Source: Lingula anatina | Taxonomy: Eukaryota > Animalia > Brachiopoda | NCBI GenBank assembly: GCA_051362555.1 | Contig: CM120643.1 | Coordinates: 19,162,848-19,226,847 of the forward strand | Length of the DNA stretch: 64,000 bases | Direction: 5' to 3' | Part shown: piece by piece, positions 39,101 through 51,955 of the stretch | How the letters are laid out: every line of letters begins with the position of its first letter | Position numbering within the stretch: position 1 is the first letter of the stretch | Position numbers and translations under genes: made by a program | The notes under the pieces: generated by a model | What the model was told of the DNA's origin: nothing | What the model saw: only the letters and a program-made list of their open reading frames with translations | The model's database searches: none

Positions 39101-39505
39101 ATATATGCTGAAAAAAGGGAAAAAACAGCATAAATTCCCTAAAAATGGCCCGATCATGTTGATTTTCGAACTTGACCTGCATATTATGAATATTCATCAG
39201 TTTTATAAGTTTCAAGCCAAAAAGTAAAAAGGTTTTTCACTTATCGTGTTATCGGTGCTGTATATATGCTAAAAAAAAGTGAAAAAACAGCATAAATTCC
39301 CTAAAAATGGCCCGATCATGCTGATTTTCGAACTTGACCTGCGTATTATGAATATTCATCAGTTCTGTAAATTTGAATACAAAATGTAAAACGGTATTCC
39401 ACTTATCGTGTTATCGCTGAGTGCACGGCGACGACGGCGACGACGGCGACGACAGACGCAGATGATGGCTATATGTACAGACACATCTGTGTCTGTACAT
39501 AAAAA
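36149..39505. mobile_element. Helentron-associated non-autonomous element (HINE-like) with internal satellite
   Basis: 5' AACAAG...ATGTACAGAC (36171) subterminal repeat; four ~161-bp tandem units (~38790-39420); (GACGACGGC)n; terminal hairpin TATGTACAGACACA-TC-TGTGTCTGTACATA (39472-39501) then an A-tract. Confidence 0.65.
36696..36930. mobile_element. Short HINE-like repeat nested in the above
   Basis: Subterminal inverted CTCTGCCAAGG / CCTTGGCAGAG, internal cagacaaaca tract. Confidence 0.5.
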
Positions 39506-42500
39506 TGAATGGCCCTAAGAGAACTGTGAGTTAATTCAAGGAGTTCTGTTGTTATCCTTCGTTTAAGCAATAGCTTAATAGCAATAGCTTAATCATTAAA
39601 CAAATATTAAATGAATCAATAATTAATTAATTAATTAATTAATTAATTAATTAATTAATTAATACGTAAAATGCACGGTTGTTACTGTGTTGATATACCC
39701 GTGTCTCACAATAGAATTTTTTCCTTAACTAACAGTGAGACTGTTATGGATCTTAACGCAGTACTGTAAGAACACTCAAAATACGATCAGAATTAGAAGG
39801 CACGCAAGGGGTGCTGTTAAATGTAAAAAACACATTATGGGAATAAAAATAAATAAATATCCATGGCTCTCTGCTCTACATAATCTTGAAAAACTATGAG
39901 GAAGCCATAAATATTCACCATTGTCGCAATGAGGAAAAACGGATGAACATTGAAAGTGAGTGGTGTTGAAGCAAGTGCGACCATTGAAGTATAACTGGAA
40001 AATTTCAATGATGTGACCGATTAATAACATGCATGTTGTGTGTCTTTGGTGTTGCTTGCACGTACAATTGCTACAAATAGACTCTGCCTACGCAAGGTTT
40101 GAGGAAAAGGACCAAGGTTATCAGTCTGCGCTTAGTTATTACCTCAGAGACGCGACCTTCACCTTTACACTGATTGGCTGAAAGTTTAAACTTTTAAGAC
40201 GTGAATACGTGCAACGTGAACAGTGACAAAAAGGGGGGAAGGTATCATCGATTAATTTAGGTTTTTGTAGGAAATTTAAAAAATATATAGATATTTTGAA
40301 TACAGAAAAAATAGGACCGGGAATGACACATCCAACATCTACACAAAAAGGTAACGTTACTCCAAAAAGAATTTCAGCAGAGTTGCCGTGAACCCAGATG
40401 AAGTCGTCTATTTTTCGAAGTACTTACAACACCAAAGGCAAGGTGACGGTTCTACGCAGTGTTTACGTTCGTGGGTGAAATAATCTGTTCAAGGACATAT
40501 TTGCGTTATCGGTATACAGACCAATTTATTTTCGTTTTATCCCCCTCTTTTCTCATTGGTTAACATTTCATAAGTGAGACCCGGGCTAATGTCCACGGCA
40601 ATGAGGAGGGAGAGTTCAAATAATTATGCGTTTAAAATTGAATTGAATACTTCACATAAGATATGATCATGAGTTAACTAAAATAACTCTCCAAATTTGA
40701 AACGAGTGGCCCGGGCGTGACGATTTCCAGCAATATCATAAAGCAGAGAATTGCCGTCAATTTAACCAGATACATATATGTGAATATCAAGTGAAAATCA
40801 ATCTGTGGCCCTGGCACATGTAGAAGGTAAAACGGGTGGGGTGTGACGATTTCCAGCAATTTCATCCTTGAATTGCAGTTTTTGTTGAAATTTGTTCCCA
40901 TATTGGAAATTTCAATGCGTTAATACACTGTCATTGCTAACAAAAAGGAAATCAGGAAATTGGTTGATGCATATGTGACTTGTTAGGTGTTAAGGTTGAT
41001 TGAACAGTGTGTGTGTTTGTGTGTGTGTGCGTGTCATTTTTCACACATTGACATTTGAACTCCCATTGGTAAAGCCCTGTGATTTACATATGGGATACAT
41101 CTTTTTAAAGTGTACACTAACAGTTTCACAAAATTAAGAATAGGTGGTAATTATTAAAGTAACTGTTGTGTAATATTGCATTTAAACTGCCAAAATATTT
41201 TGTGCGCCGTCATCATTCATGATGTGAATGGAGAACATTGTATCTCATTATCCTCAAACTCAATGGAGTGATTCATACAACTGTAGTATGTAAATTCACA
41301 TTTAGGCCCGTATTCCAAGATGTTCCTTAAAATAGGCCTAAGGTCAACATTTATAAAGACTTCCTTTGATGAGGTGTTCCTTGGTAAAGGAGGGCCTAAC
41401 GAAATGGTATTCTAAGGGTGCATTCCCAGAGATTTAGATTGATCCAGAGATTTAGATTTAGATCGACCTAACTCCCCGGTATCGAATGCGGACCAGTGTA
41501 TGTGTGTGGGGGGGGGGGATCATCAATTGAATTAGGTTTTGAATTAGGAAATTGAATGCATTATAAAGAAATTTTGAATAAAGAAAAAAACACTAGTACA
41601 TGTATGTGTGGAGATTACACATCCAATATCTACACTCTTGGTAAATAATTATTCAACTATTATTCAACCAGCTCATTAATGCTTTATCATAATTTCATGC
41701 TATACCACCAAATTAATATATACTTGAGATTTGTTACCGTTTGAGTTCCTTCTGCAAAACAATTATAAATTTTGTAATTTATTGTGAATTTCTAGGTAAA
41801 TTCCCTCTGCAAATTTTTAGATATCTTGCAAACTGTTGCCACAAATGTGCATGAATTTAATTGCGGCTAACTTTTCATTTTGCTATGTGAAAGGATATAT
41901 TCTGCTCAAGGAAGCATGGATTGGAGATGAATGCCAGAGTCTTCCAAAGGTAATGCTCCCCCATTAAGTTTTTCATTACAGAGCTAACATTTCACTGAAG
42001 CTGCAACAAATCCAGATTGCGTTTATTTTTCGAGGCACGAACTCCACAAAAGGAAAGACGACGGTTCTACGAACGTGGGTGAAATAATCTGTTCAAGGAC
42101 ATCATATCTGGGTTATCGAATACGGACCAACCTATTTTGTTTCTATTTCCCTCTATTCTCATTGGTTTAAATTTCAAAGGTGAGACCCCAGCTTATATCC
42201 ACGTAAATAAGAAGGGAGTGTGCAAACATGCGTTTAAGACTGAAATGAATGTTTCACATAAAATCCGAGCTACTGCAACTACCATAACCCTCTATGTATT
42301 GGTCAAATGTGTAATTCAACATATTTTCCTATCCACATACAAAATTGTTATTACTTCACAATTGGTGCCAGATTGCTCTTTTTCAAACAAAAAAAATGTA
42401 ATGGTTACATTAATAAGGAGCTGGTCCCTGAACCGACAACACATCTGTTGTTTTTACTGAAAGATAAGAATGTCACGACTTTACACACACCTCCCAGCTC

Positions 42501-42506
42501 TAAATG

Positions 42507-42604
42507 TATATATACCCTTTACCATACATGCATTAGCTGAGTTCTTTTAAGGAAGGACAGGCAAATTGAAAGCGGAAACTTTTGCTTGCTGAATATATGT
42601 AAGT
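42507..42604 (+). promoter_or_regulatory. Candidate distal promoter and non-coding first exon of defensin copy 1
   Basis: TATATATA 42507-42514 and GTAAGT donor 42599-42604, conserved in copy 2 and in copy 3 (51557-51564, 51649). Acceptor tttcag at 43130 precedes the ATG exon. Confidence 0.5.
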
Positions 42605-43160
42605 ACCAGGTTTCAACCGACAAACCGACTTTTCCTTACCTGATCTCGAGGTCATGTTGGTAATGTAAGCATACTAGCCGTAACCAGTAGACACTCTCGA
42701 TGTCAAAAAAAAAAAAAAAAACAAACAAAAAACAAAAAGGTAAATAGCGCACGATTTCACCGCACGGCGCTCGAAAACTAACACGTACGACGGACACTTT
42801 ACGCATAATGTGGTTGCATGTAGTGACAATGTGTTGACATGGTGGTGCAAGGAGAGAGTAAACCATTAATGTTTTGTTCATTCAAAGCGCCACCAGCCAT
42901 ATAATAGAAACTATTTCTTTGTTGGGTGCGCTGTGAGTGGAGCAGTTGCTGAAAATATCCAGTTAATTCCCTCAGTTCCTAAAGTTTGAAAGTACGGTAT
43001 CCCAAAAGCATTCAAAGATGGAAACTTAAAAACTGATATGATTTAGCACAATTTAATGAGTAAATGAATGGATTAATCAAAGATAAAATATACTTTATGG
43101 TATTTATTGTATATACGTATTACGTTTCAGTTGCAGTATACCCACGTACGACAATCTACA

Positions 43161-43899
43161 ATGAAACGCCAATACTTTTTCCTGCTGGTCTGCCTGGTGG
43201 CTTTTACGATGGGTAACACATGATTTCTGTGGTTTTAAAATGTTAATTTTTTTATCTTTATGATTGTCAATTTAAATTCTACATTTATATATAATATCGT
43301 ATTAAAAGGCAGTATTTTCAAGACAATCAAACACCCACAGCCAGTAGCCATTTCTAAATGGATCAACCTTTATGCTAGTAGGTTTTAATATATTATCTAA
43401 ACTATGTGAAGATGAATAAAAATAAAGCAATTTTTCTTCAATCAACAGTTTAATATTGAAATAATTGACCGCCAATATTTCAATGTCTGACAGAGAATTT
43501 TCATCAGGGAATGGTTCCAGTATTAAACTGTTGATTTGAAGAAAACATCACTTTATCCTTATAACGTAACACAGCTGATGAAATTCTTCTCTAGGTGAAG
43601 ATTGCACAACATCCAATATTCATAAAAGAAGAGTGAACCTTAATTCATAAGCAATAAACTTGAAATTTTCAACGTCCTCATTGTAATAATATCGCTGCAC
43701 AAAGGAGACTAATTACTTTTTCGCTTTCATTTTAGATGCTGTCTATGCATCGCCTATTTCGGATGCTGTGAGTCGTGATCGACGATTCACCTGCGATATT
43801 TTGGCATTCACCGGAAATGCAGCTTGTGCCCTCCACTGCAAGGGCCATGGCTATAGAACTGGCTATTGTGAAAAGAGCACTTGCAAATGCACACATTAA
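43161..43899 (+). CDS. CS-alpha/beta (insect-type) defensin precursor, copy 1; coding exons 43161-43212 + 43736-43899; 71 aa
   Basis: MKRQYFFLLVCLVAFTM|DAVYASPISDAVSRDRR-FTCDILAFTGNAACALHCKGHGYRTGYCEKSTCKCTH. Signal peptide, short pro-piece, furin-type RxRR site, six Cys with C..CxxxC..GxC..CxC spacing, phase-1 GT-AG intron. Confidence 0.92.
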
Positions 43900-44235
43900 A
43901 TGTAGGTTACAATTTTTTATTTCATAAGCTGATGATAAATGGACCTAAGGGTTTCTTGGGCTTAGTATCTTTATTATACCTTGCAAAGTTCTCTAAGCAC
44001 AAAAAGTAGAACATATCTTAAGCAAAAACTCATACAGGAGCACCTTTTGCTTACGGTTTCGAAATAAGGTTTATTTTTGTGAAAAAACATATTATATTAT
44101 GTCATGAATGTTATCATCAGTTGAATTTATATCTAGGGCATTGTTTGTTAACAAAGATAATAAAGACACCCAGTTAATTTTGTTGTCCTCTTTATTTTTG
44201 ATATGATAATTTCCAATTTATATTTTTTGTTTCAG

Positions 44236-44321
44236 CTGATGAAGATGTCCATCCGGGGAGAATGCAGCTCTGCAGCAAAATAACGGATTATATCGCGCTT
44301 ATCTGAAAATGAATGAATAAA
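44236..44321 (+). other. Terminal exon of defensin copy 1 (3' UTR exon with polyA signal); paralogous exons start at 46522(-), 54025(+), 61945(+)
   Basis: Donor GTAGGT 2 nt after the TAA in all copies, conserved T-rich tttcag acceptor, AATAAA at 44316-44321 (54105-54110, 62025-62030). Confidence 0.7.
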
Positions 44322-44697
44322 ATGTTGCCGTTTAATAATACGTTTTGAGACTTTTGATGAAAATATTGAGACCCTCAGTGATTATATTCCATTTTGTGAT
44401 ATAACATGTTATCTAAATTGAAAATTTTTTCAGCGTTTTGAACAGATTGACTTGGGGTTCCCCGAAAAGCACAAAGCCATTTATTGATATAAGGACACGG
44501 GAAATTTTGAAAGTACGCGTAGTTTTGACATACAAATCAGATTGTTATGGGGCTTTGTAAAATCGAATATTAGCCACGAGGTTTCGGCTCACATTTATGC
44601 TAACTTTTATTTGCAAGTTTACAATATTTTAACTCGAAAATGATGAATTGACAGCTGATTTTTTAAAATGAAAACTAGTTTGATATGGCGCACGAAT

Positions 44698-45005
44698 GAT
44701 GGCCTTGTGGTTAGAGTGTTCGCCTCCGGAGCGGGAGGATGGGGTTCAAAACCCGTCCGGGGACATACCAGTCCTTTATAAACGGTACCAGCAGTCTCCC
44801 CGCTTGGCATTCAGCACTAAGGGGTTGAAGCAGGGGGCTGGTCTGGCAGTGGTGAAATGATACGTTGGTTAGCTCAAAGCGCCTAATATGGCAGCCGGGC
44901 TGTATCCTCCCCAGGGAGGTGAGACAACAGATTGCAACAGGGCCAAAAATGACCAGGCTTCTTGGATTTAAATAAAATTTCATTTAAAATAAATAAATAA
45001 ATAAA
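44698..45005 (+). mobile_element. tRNA-derived SINE (second partial copy ~53005-53113)
   Basis: A box TGGCCTTGTGG, B box GGTTCAAAACCC, (AAAT)n tail. Absent at the paralogous sites of copies 2-4. Confidence 0.8.
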
Positions 45006-46858
45006 ATGTATATGTATAACTTCAACCTTCGGGTTGCAATATTTCAATAAAGATTATTATTATTATTATTATAATTGGGACTTTGCGAAGACATCTCAAC
45101 AATATTTGAATAATATCCCAGTAACATAGAAAGTTAGAAGGAAAGGAACCGAGATACCGATAATTTTAACCGCTGCTGCGGGGTTGGTTACCTGGCATTG
45201 TTTTAAATGCTTTTACATGTACAGGTAGACCTCCTCAGTTAACATTTGAATGGACCCCTCTAGCTGACACAACTTGACAAATGTCATCGTAACTGGTACC
45301 TAGATCAAATTAACGTTCAGATTTTGAAATGTTTGAAGGAAAATATAATAATAAGACATTTTTAAATTCAAGAAAAATTTGAATTTTTATGATGCTAGAT
45401 AATTGAGACTTTGAAAAGAAATCTCAACAATATTGAAATAACATCCCAGTAGCAGAGAAAGATAGGCTAACAATGTGAGTGCAACCTCTACCTAAGGTGT
45501 GCAATCAGCTGAGCTATCCTCAACGAGAGCGACACGATAGACACCGAAATATTGAAGTGCAAAAATTAATGAAATATATATTAATATACAATACGGACGT
45601 TCAAATGAACTTGTTTTAACTACTGAATAAAACAGGCTGTTACAATGATTAACTTGTAAAACTGCTGATGATATTCCTTACTAAGAGGTTAGTTATTTCA
45701 CTGAACTTCTTTAATGCATTCGTGCGCCATATCAGACTAGTTGTCATTTAAAAAAATGTATGTATGTCAAAACTACGACGTAACAATCAAAACAACATAA
45801 CCCCCATCGCGCTAGTAATACTTAAGTTTAATAAAAAAGCAAACACTAGCATGTTTTCGTGAAAAAGCATGTGTCAAAATCGTGTACTGACAGCAAACTC
45901 GGTCTCACAGCACGCCAGCACGTGAAAATGTTAAAAAAGTTATGTGTATACCTATTTCATGTGTCATGAGCAGGTATTGCTCGTTTCTGGTTAGGCACAT
46001 CGTCTTAACACACTCAGGGTTCTTTCGTTTTTTAGCCCTCTATTGATAAAGACCAATGATATTGCTGGAAATCGTCACGCCCCCACCCGTTTCATTTCCA
46101 TCCCGACTCGCAAATACGTAGATTCTATTTCAGAAGGGAGGGGGTGTTACCTAAGACAAAATGCTTTATGCCCTAGTCAAAATACCGATAAGATGTCGAT
46201 ATGACTGCTAGAGATTGATAGGAACCTTGGACACTTGTCGCGTACTTTCAAAATTTCCCGTGTCCTTATATCAATAAATGGCTTTGTGCTTTTCGGGGAA
46301 CCCCAAGTCAATCTGTTCAAAACGCTGAAAAAATTTTCAATTTAGATAACATGTTATATCACAAAATGGAATATAATCACTGAGGGTCTCAATATTTTCA
46401 TCAAAAGTCTCAAAACGTATTATTAAACGGCAACATTTTATTCATTCATTTTCAGATAAGCGCGATATAATCCGTTATTTTGCTGCAGAGCTGCATTCTC
46501 CCCGGATGGACATCTTCATCAGCTGAAACAAAAAATATAAATTGGAAATTATCATATCAAAAATAAAGAGGACAACAAAATTAACTGGGTGTCTTTATTA
46601 TCTTTGTTAACAAACAATGCCCTAGATATAAATTCAACTGATGATAACATTCATGACATAATATAATATGTTTTTTCACAAAAATAAACCTTATTTCGAA
46701 ACCGTAAGCAAAAGGTGCTCCTGTATGAGTTTTTGCTTAAGATATGTTCTACTTTTTGTGCTTAGAGAACTTTGCAAGGTATAATAAAGATACTAAGCCC
46801 AAGAAACCCTTAGGTCCATTTATCATCAGCTTATGAAATAAAAAATTGTAACCTACAT

Positions 46859-47597
46859 TTAATGTGTGCATTTGCAAGTGCTCTTTTCACAATAGCCAGT
46901 TCTATAGCCATGGCCCTTGCAGTGGAGGGCACAAGCTGCATTTCCGGTGAATGCCAAAATATCGCAGGTGAATCGTCGATCACGACTCACAGCATCCGAA
47001 ATAGGCGATGCATAGACAGCATCTAAAATGAAAGCGAAAAAGTAATTAGTCTCCTTTGTGCAGCGATATTATTACAATGAGGACGTTGAAAATTTCAAGT
47101 TTATTGCTTATGAATTAAGGTTCACTCTTCTTTTATGAATATTGGATGTTGTGCAATCTTCACCTAGAGAAGAATTTCATCAGCTGTGTTACGTTATAAG
47201 GATAAAGTGATGTTTTCTTCAAATCAACAGTTTAATACTGGAACCATTCCCTGATGAAAATTCTCTGTCAGACATTGAAATATTGGCGGTCAATTATTTC
47301 AATATTAAACTGTTGATTGAAGAAAAATTGCTTTATTTTTATTCATCTTCACATAGTTTAGATAATATATTAAAACCTACTAGCATAAAGGTTGATCCAT
47401 TTAGAAGTGGCTACTGGCTGTGGGTGTTTGATTGTCTTGAAAATACTGCCTTTTAATACGATATTATATATAAATGTAGAATTTAAATTGACAATCATAA
47501 AGATAAAAAAATTAACATTTTAAAACCACAGAAATCATGTGTTACCCATCGTAAAAGCCACCAGGCAGACCAGCAGGAAAAAGTATTGGCGTTTCAT
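46859..47597 (-). CDS. Defensin precursor, copy 2 (coding sequence identical to copy 1); exons 47597-47546 + 47022-46859
   Basis: Reverse complement of the copy 1 exons (position sum 90758), with the same splice sites and TAA. Confidence 0.92.
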
Positions 47598-50500
47598 TGT
47601 AGATTGTCGTACGTGGGTATACTGCAACTGAAACGTAATACGTATATACAATAAATACCATAAAGTATATTTTATCTTTGATTAATCCATTCATTTACTC
47701 ATTAAATTGTGCTAAATCATATCAGTTTTTAAGTTTCCATCTTTGAATGCTTTTGGGATACCGTACTTTCAAACTTTAGGAACTGAGGGAATTAACTGGA
47801 TATTTTCAGCAACTGCTCCACTCACAGCGCATCCAACAAAGAAATAGTTTCTATTATATGGCTGGTGGCGCTTTGAATGAACAAAACATTAATGGTTTAC
47901 TCTCTCCTTGCACCACCATGTCAACACATTGTCACTACATGCAACCACATTATGCGTAAAGTGTCCGTCGTACGTGTTAGTTTTCGAGCGCCGTGCGGTG
48001 AAATCGTGCGCTATTTACCTTTTTGTTTTTTGTTTTTTTTTTGTTTTTTTTTTTACATCGAGAGTGTCTACTGGTTACGGCTAGTATGCTTACATTACCA
48101 ACATGACCTCGAGATCAGGTAAGGAAAAGTCGGTTTGTCGGTTGAAACCTGGTACTTACATATATTCAGCAAGCAAAAGTTTCCGCTTTCAATTTGCCTG
48201 TCCTTCCTTAAAAGAACTCAGCTAATGCATGTATGGTAAAGGGTATATATACATTTAGAGCTGGGAGGTGTGTGTAAAGTCGTGACATTCTTATCTTTCA
48301 GTAAAAACAACAGATGTGTTGTCGGTTCAGGGACCAGCTCCTTATTAATGTAACCATTACATTTTTTTTGTTTGAAAAAGAGCAATCTGGCACCAATTGT
48401 GAAGTAATAACAATTTTGTATGTGGATAGGAAAATATGTTGAATTACACATTTGACCAATACATAGAGGGTTATGGTAGTTGCAGTAGCTCGGATTTTAT
48501 GTGAAACATTCATTTCAGTCTTAAACGCATGTTTGCACACTCCCTTCTTATTTACGTGGATATAAGCTGGGGTCCCACCTTTGAAATTTAAACCAATGAG
48601 AATAGAGGGAAATAGAAACAAAATAGGTTGGTCCGTATTCGATAACCCAGATATGATGTCCTTGAACAGATTATTTCACCCACGTTCGTAGAACCGTCAT
48701 CTTTCCTTTTGTGGAATTAGTGCCTTGAAAAATAAACGCAATCTGGATTTGTTGCAGCTTCAGTGAAATGTTAGCTCTGTAATGAAAAACTTAATGGGAG
48801 AGCATTACCTTTGGAAGACTCTGGCATTCATCTCCAATCCATGCTTCCTTGAGCAGAATATATCCTTTCACATAGCAAAATGAAAAGTTGACCGCAATTA
48901 AATTCATGCACGTTTGCGGCAACAGTTTGCAAGATATCTAAACATTTGCAGAGGGAATTTTCCTAAAAAAGACAATAAATTACAAAATTTATAATTGTTT
49001 TGCAGAAGGAACCCAAACGGTAACAAATCTCAAATATATCTTTATTTGAAGATATATCGTGAAATTATGATAAAGCAATAATGAGCTGGTTGAATAAAAG
49101 TTGAATAATTATTTACCAAGAGTGTAGATATTGGATGTGTAATCTCCACACATACATGTACTAGTGTTTTTTTCTTTATTCAAAATTTCTTTATAATGCA
49201 TTCAATTTCCTAATTCAAAACATGATCCAATTGATGATACCCCCCCCCCCCACCCCACACACACACACACACACACACACTCTTCACGGGAGTTTATTCT
49301 CCGCTTTAGCTTTAATTTTCACCCAATCAGTGTACCGACGCAAAAAGGTGAAGGACACATCTCTGAGGTAATAACTAAGCGCATTATGACAACCTGGGTC
49401 CATTTCCTCAAACTATGTGTAGGCAGAGTCTATTTGTAGCAGTAGCACGTGCAAACGATACTTAAGTTACACAACATATATTTAACTGATCGGTCACACT
49501 TGCTTCAACTAATATCAATGTCAACGTATGAGAATAGAGGGGAATAGAAACAAAATTAGGGCTTTGCCAATGGTAGTTCAAAGTCACGCTATTAAAATGT
49601 CAATGTGTGAAAAATGACACACACACACACACACACACAGTATTCAATCAGCCTTAAAACCAAACAAGTTACATGTGCATCAACCGATTTCCTGATTTCC
49701 TTTTTGTTAACATTGACAGTGAATTAACGCATTGAAATTTCCAATATGGGAACAAATTTCAACAAAAACTGCAATTCAAGGACAAGAAGTCGATCAGGCT
49801 ACCGCACACCCAGGCCGTATTTTTGTCCTATGAATCACAAGTAACATGGATAATCATGTAATATAATAGCTATAAAAAGAATGAAAAATAACATGATTTA
49901 CCTTTCTTTCGGTGTTTATTAATAGTGTGCAAAATAGGTTATTTTGTCACACATGATGTAATTTTACGTGATGCTTAAATGCATAATTATCACCAAATTA
50001 TACCAAAATAGTATATATAATAGTATATATAGTATATATATCATGGACATTCAGCAATGTAGTTAGCATTAGCTTCATACCCCTGGGAGTTCAAAGTTAC
50101 ACCTTGAAAATGTCAATATGCAAAAAAGTAAAAATTGACACACAAAAAAGAACCAGCATAACTTCAAAACATTCATTGCGATAAGGCTGTGACTTTAACA
50201 TCAGTCCTGCAAGCTTGAAGACAATAGGCTTATCGATATTCCTGGAAATTTGCTATCTGTATTGCACATATTATAAGATATGCTAAAAACAACAAAATAC
50301 AAGTACCACAGCCTATGCACAAAATGATCTCTTCAAGCTGCTTTTCGAGCTCGACCTGTATTTTAGTTACATTCAGCAGTTCTAACGTTTTGAAGACAAA
50401 AGATCAATTGATTTTTCGCTTAATGTGTTATCTTTATTGCATATATTTCAGGGGGGAGGGGGGTGACAAAAGTATTCAGGCCTACCCAACTACCAGACTC

Positions 50501-51955
50501 GGCACCGAATGATCCTGAATTTGAATTTTTATGATGTGAGATAATTAAAAACCCACAGAACCGACGAATATTTACAAAATATAGGTCGAATTTTCAAAAC
50601 AGCAAATCACCATTTTCCAGAGGTTATACTATTTTACGTCTTTTCAGCACACATGCTTATGCAATAAAGACAAAAATGAGTTAAATTGGGGCAAACGTTA
50701 CTGATCAGTAATATATATGTTGTGTATCTTTGGTATCGTTTGCAAGTGCAATTGCTACAAATAGATTCTGCCTACACAAAATTTGAGGAAATGGACCCAG
50801 TTATTACCCCAGACACGTGACCTTCACCTTTACACTGATTGGCTGAAAGTTTAAACTTAAGACATGAATACGTGCAACGTGTACAGTGACAAAAAGGGGG
50901 AAGGTATCATCGATTAATTTAGGTTTTTGTAGAAAATTTCGAAAATACATAGATATTTTGAATACAGAAAAAATAGGACCGGGAATGACACATCCAACAT
51001 CTACACACAAAGGTAACGCTACCCCAATAAGAATTACATCAGTGTTAACACCTCGTGTCGCTGCCGTGAACCCAGATGAAGTCGTCTATTTTTCAAAGTA
51101 CAAACAACACCAAAGGCAAGGTTACGGTTCTACGCAGTGTTTACGTTCGTGGGTGAAATAATCTGTTCAAGGACAAATTTGCGTTACCGGTATACAGACC
51201 AATTTATTTTCGTTTTATCACCCTCTTTTCTCATTGGTTTCTTAAGTGAGACCCCAGCTAATATCCACGGAAATGAGGAGGGACAGCTCAAAATGCGTTT
51301 AAGACTGAATTGAATACTTCACATAAGATCTGAGTTAACTAAAATAACCCTCCAAATTTTGCTTTGGTTCGACCAAATGCATACATATTAACCCATATTA
51401 CCTGTTATTACTTCACAAATGATGCCATGTTTTTAAAGTACAATAAATTAAGGAAGGAACCGGTCCCCGAACAGACACCACATCTGTTATATTTTTATAG
51501 GAAGATAAGAGTGTCACGACTCAGCCACGCACGCACACACACCCCAGCTCTAAAAGTATATATACCCTCTACCACGCATGCATTGACGAGGTTCTTTTCA
51601 GAAAGGACAGTCAGATTTGAAACGAAAAGTTTTGCTTGCTGAATACATGTAAGTACCAGGTTTCATACGATCACTTTTCAACCGACTAAACGATTTTTCT
51701 CACCTAACCTCAAGGTAATGTTTGAGAAACGGCACTGCACCTGCACGTAATGTAAGCATTTGCGATGTCAAAATTGCACGGGAAATTGTGTACGATTTAA
51801 TCTGACGGTGCGCGTGTCAAATATACCAGTAATCAAAGCTTAACATGTTTCTTTCACATCGACATTTTGCACGTAATTTGGCTGAAACTACTTCTTCACA
51901 TAGATGTGCAAGGAAAGATTAAACCGTTTTTATAATTTTAATAATAATAATAATA

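Larger units (their letters stand above)
41500..49260. repeat. ~3-kb inverted segmental duplication (arms ~41500-44519 and 46239-~49260) carrying defensin copies 1 and 2 tail-to-tail
   Basis: Direct reverse-complement match. Spurious ORFs 42137/48298, 42307/48218 and 42636/47877 mirror each other. Confidence 0.95.

Noticed and set aside
42137-42881. ORFs conserved in two copies (42137/48298, 42307/48218, 42636/47877)
   Set aside because: Conservation only reflects the inverted duplication; the frames are not kept in unit 3.
44698-44770. tRNA gene
   Set aside because: A and B boxes are followed by a SINE body and A-rich tail, with no proper acceptor stem; a second copy exists at ~53005.
44520-46238. 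Palindrome as a pure read-chimera or assembly artefact
   Set aside because: The spacer holds independently evolved flanks (distinct deletions, a SINE) and the outer arms are diverged, which a fold-back chimera would not produce. Long-read confirmation is still advisable.
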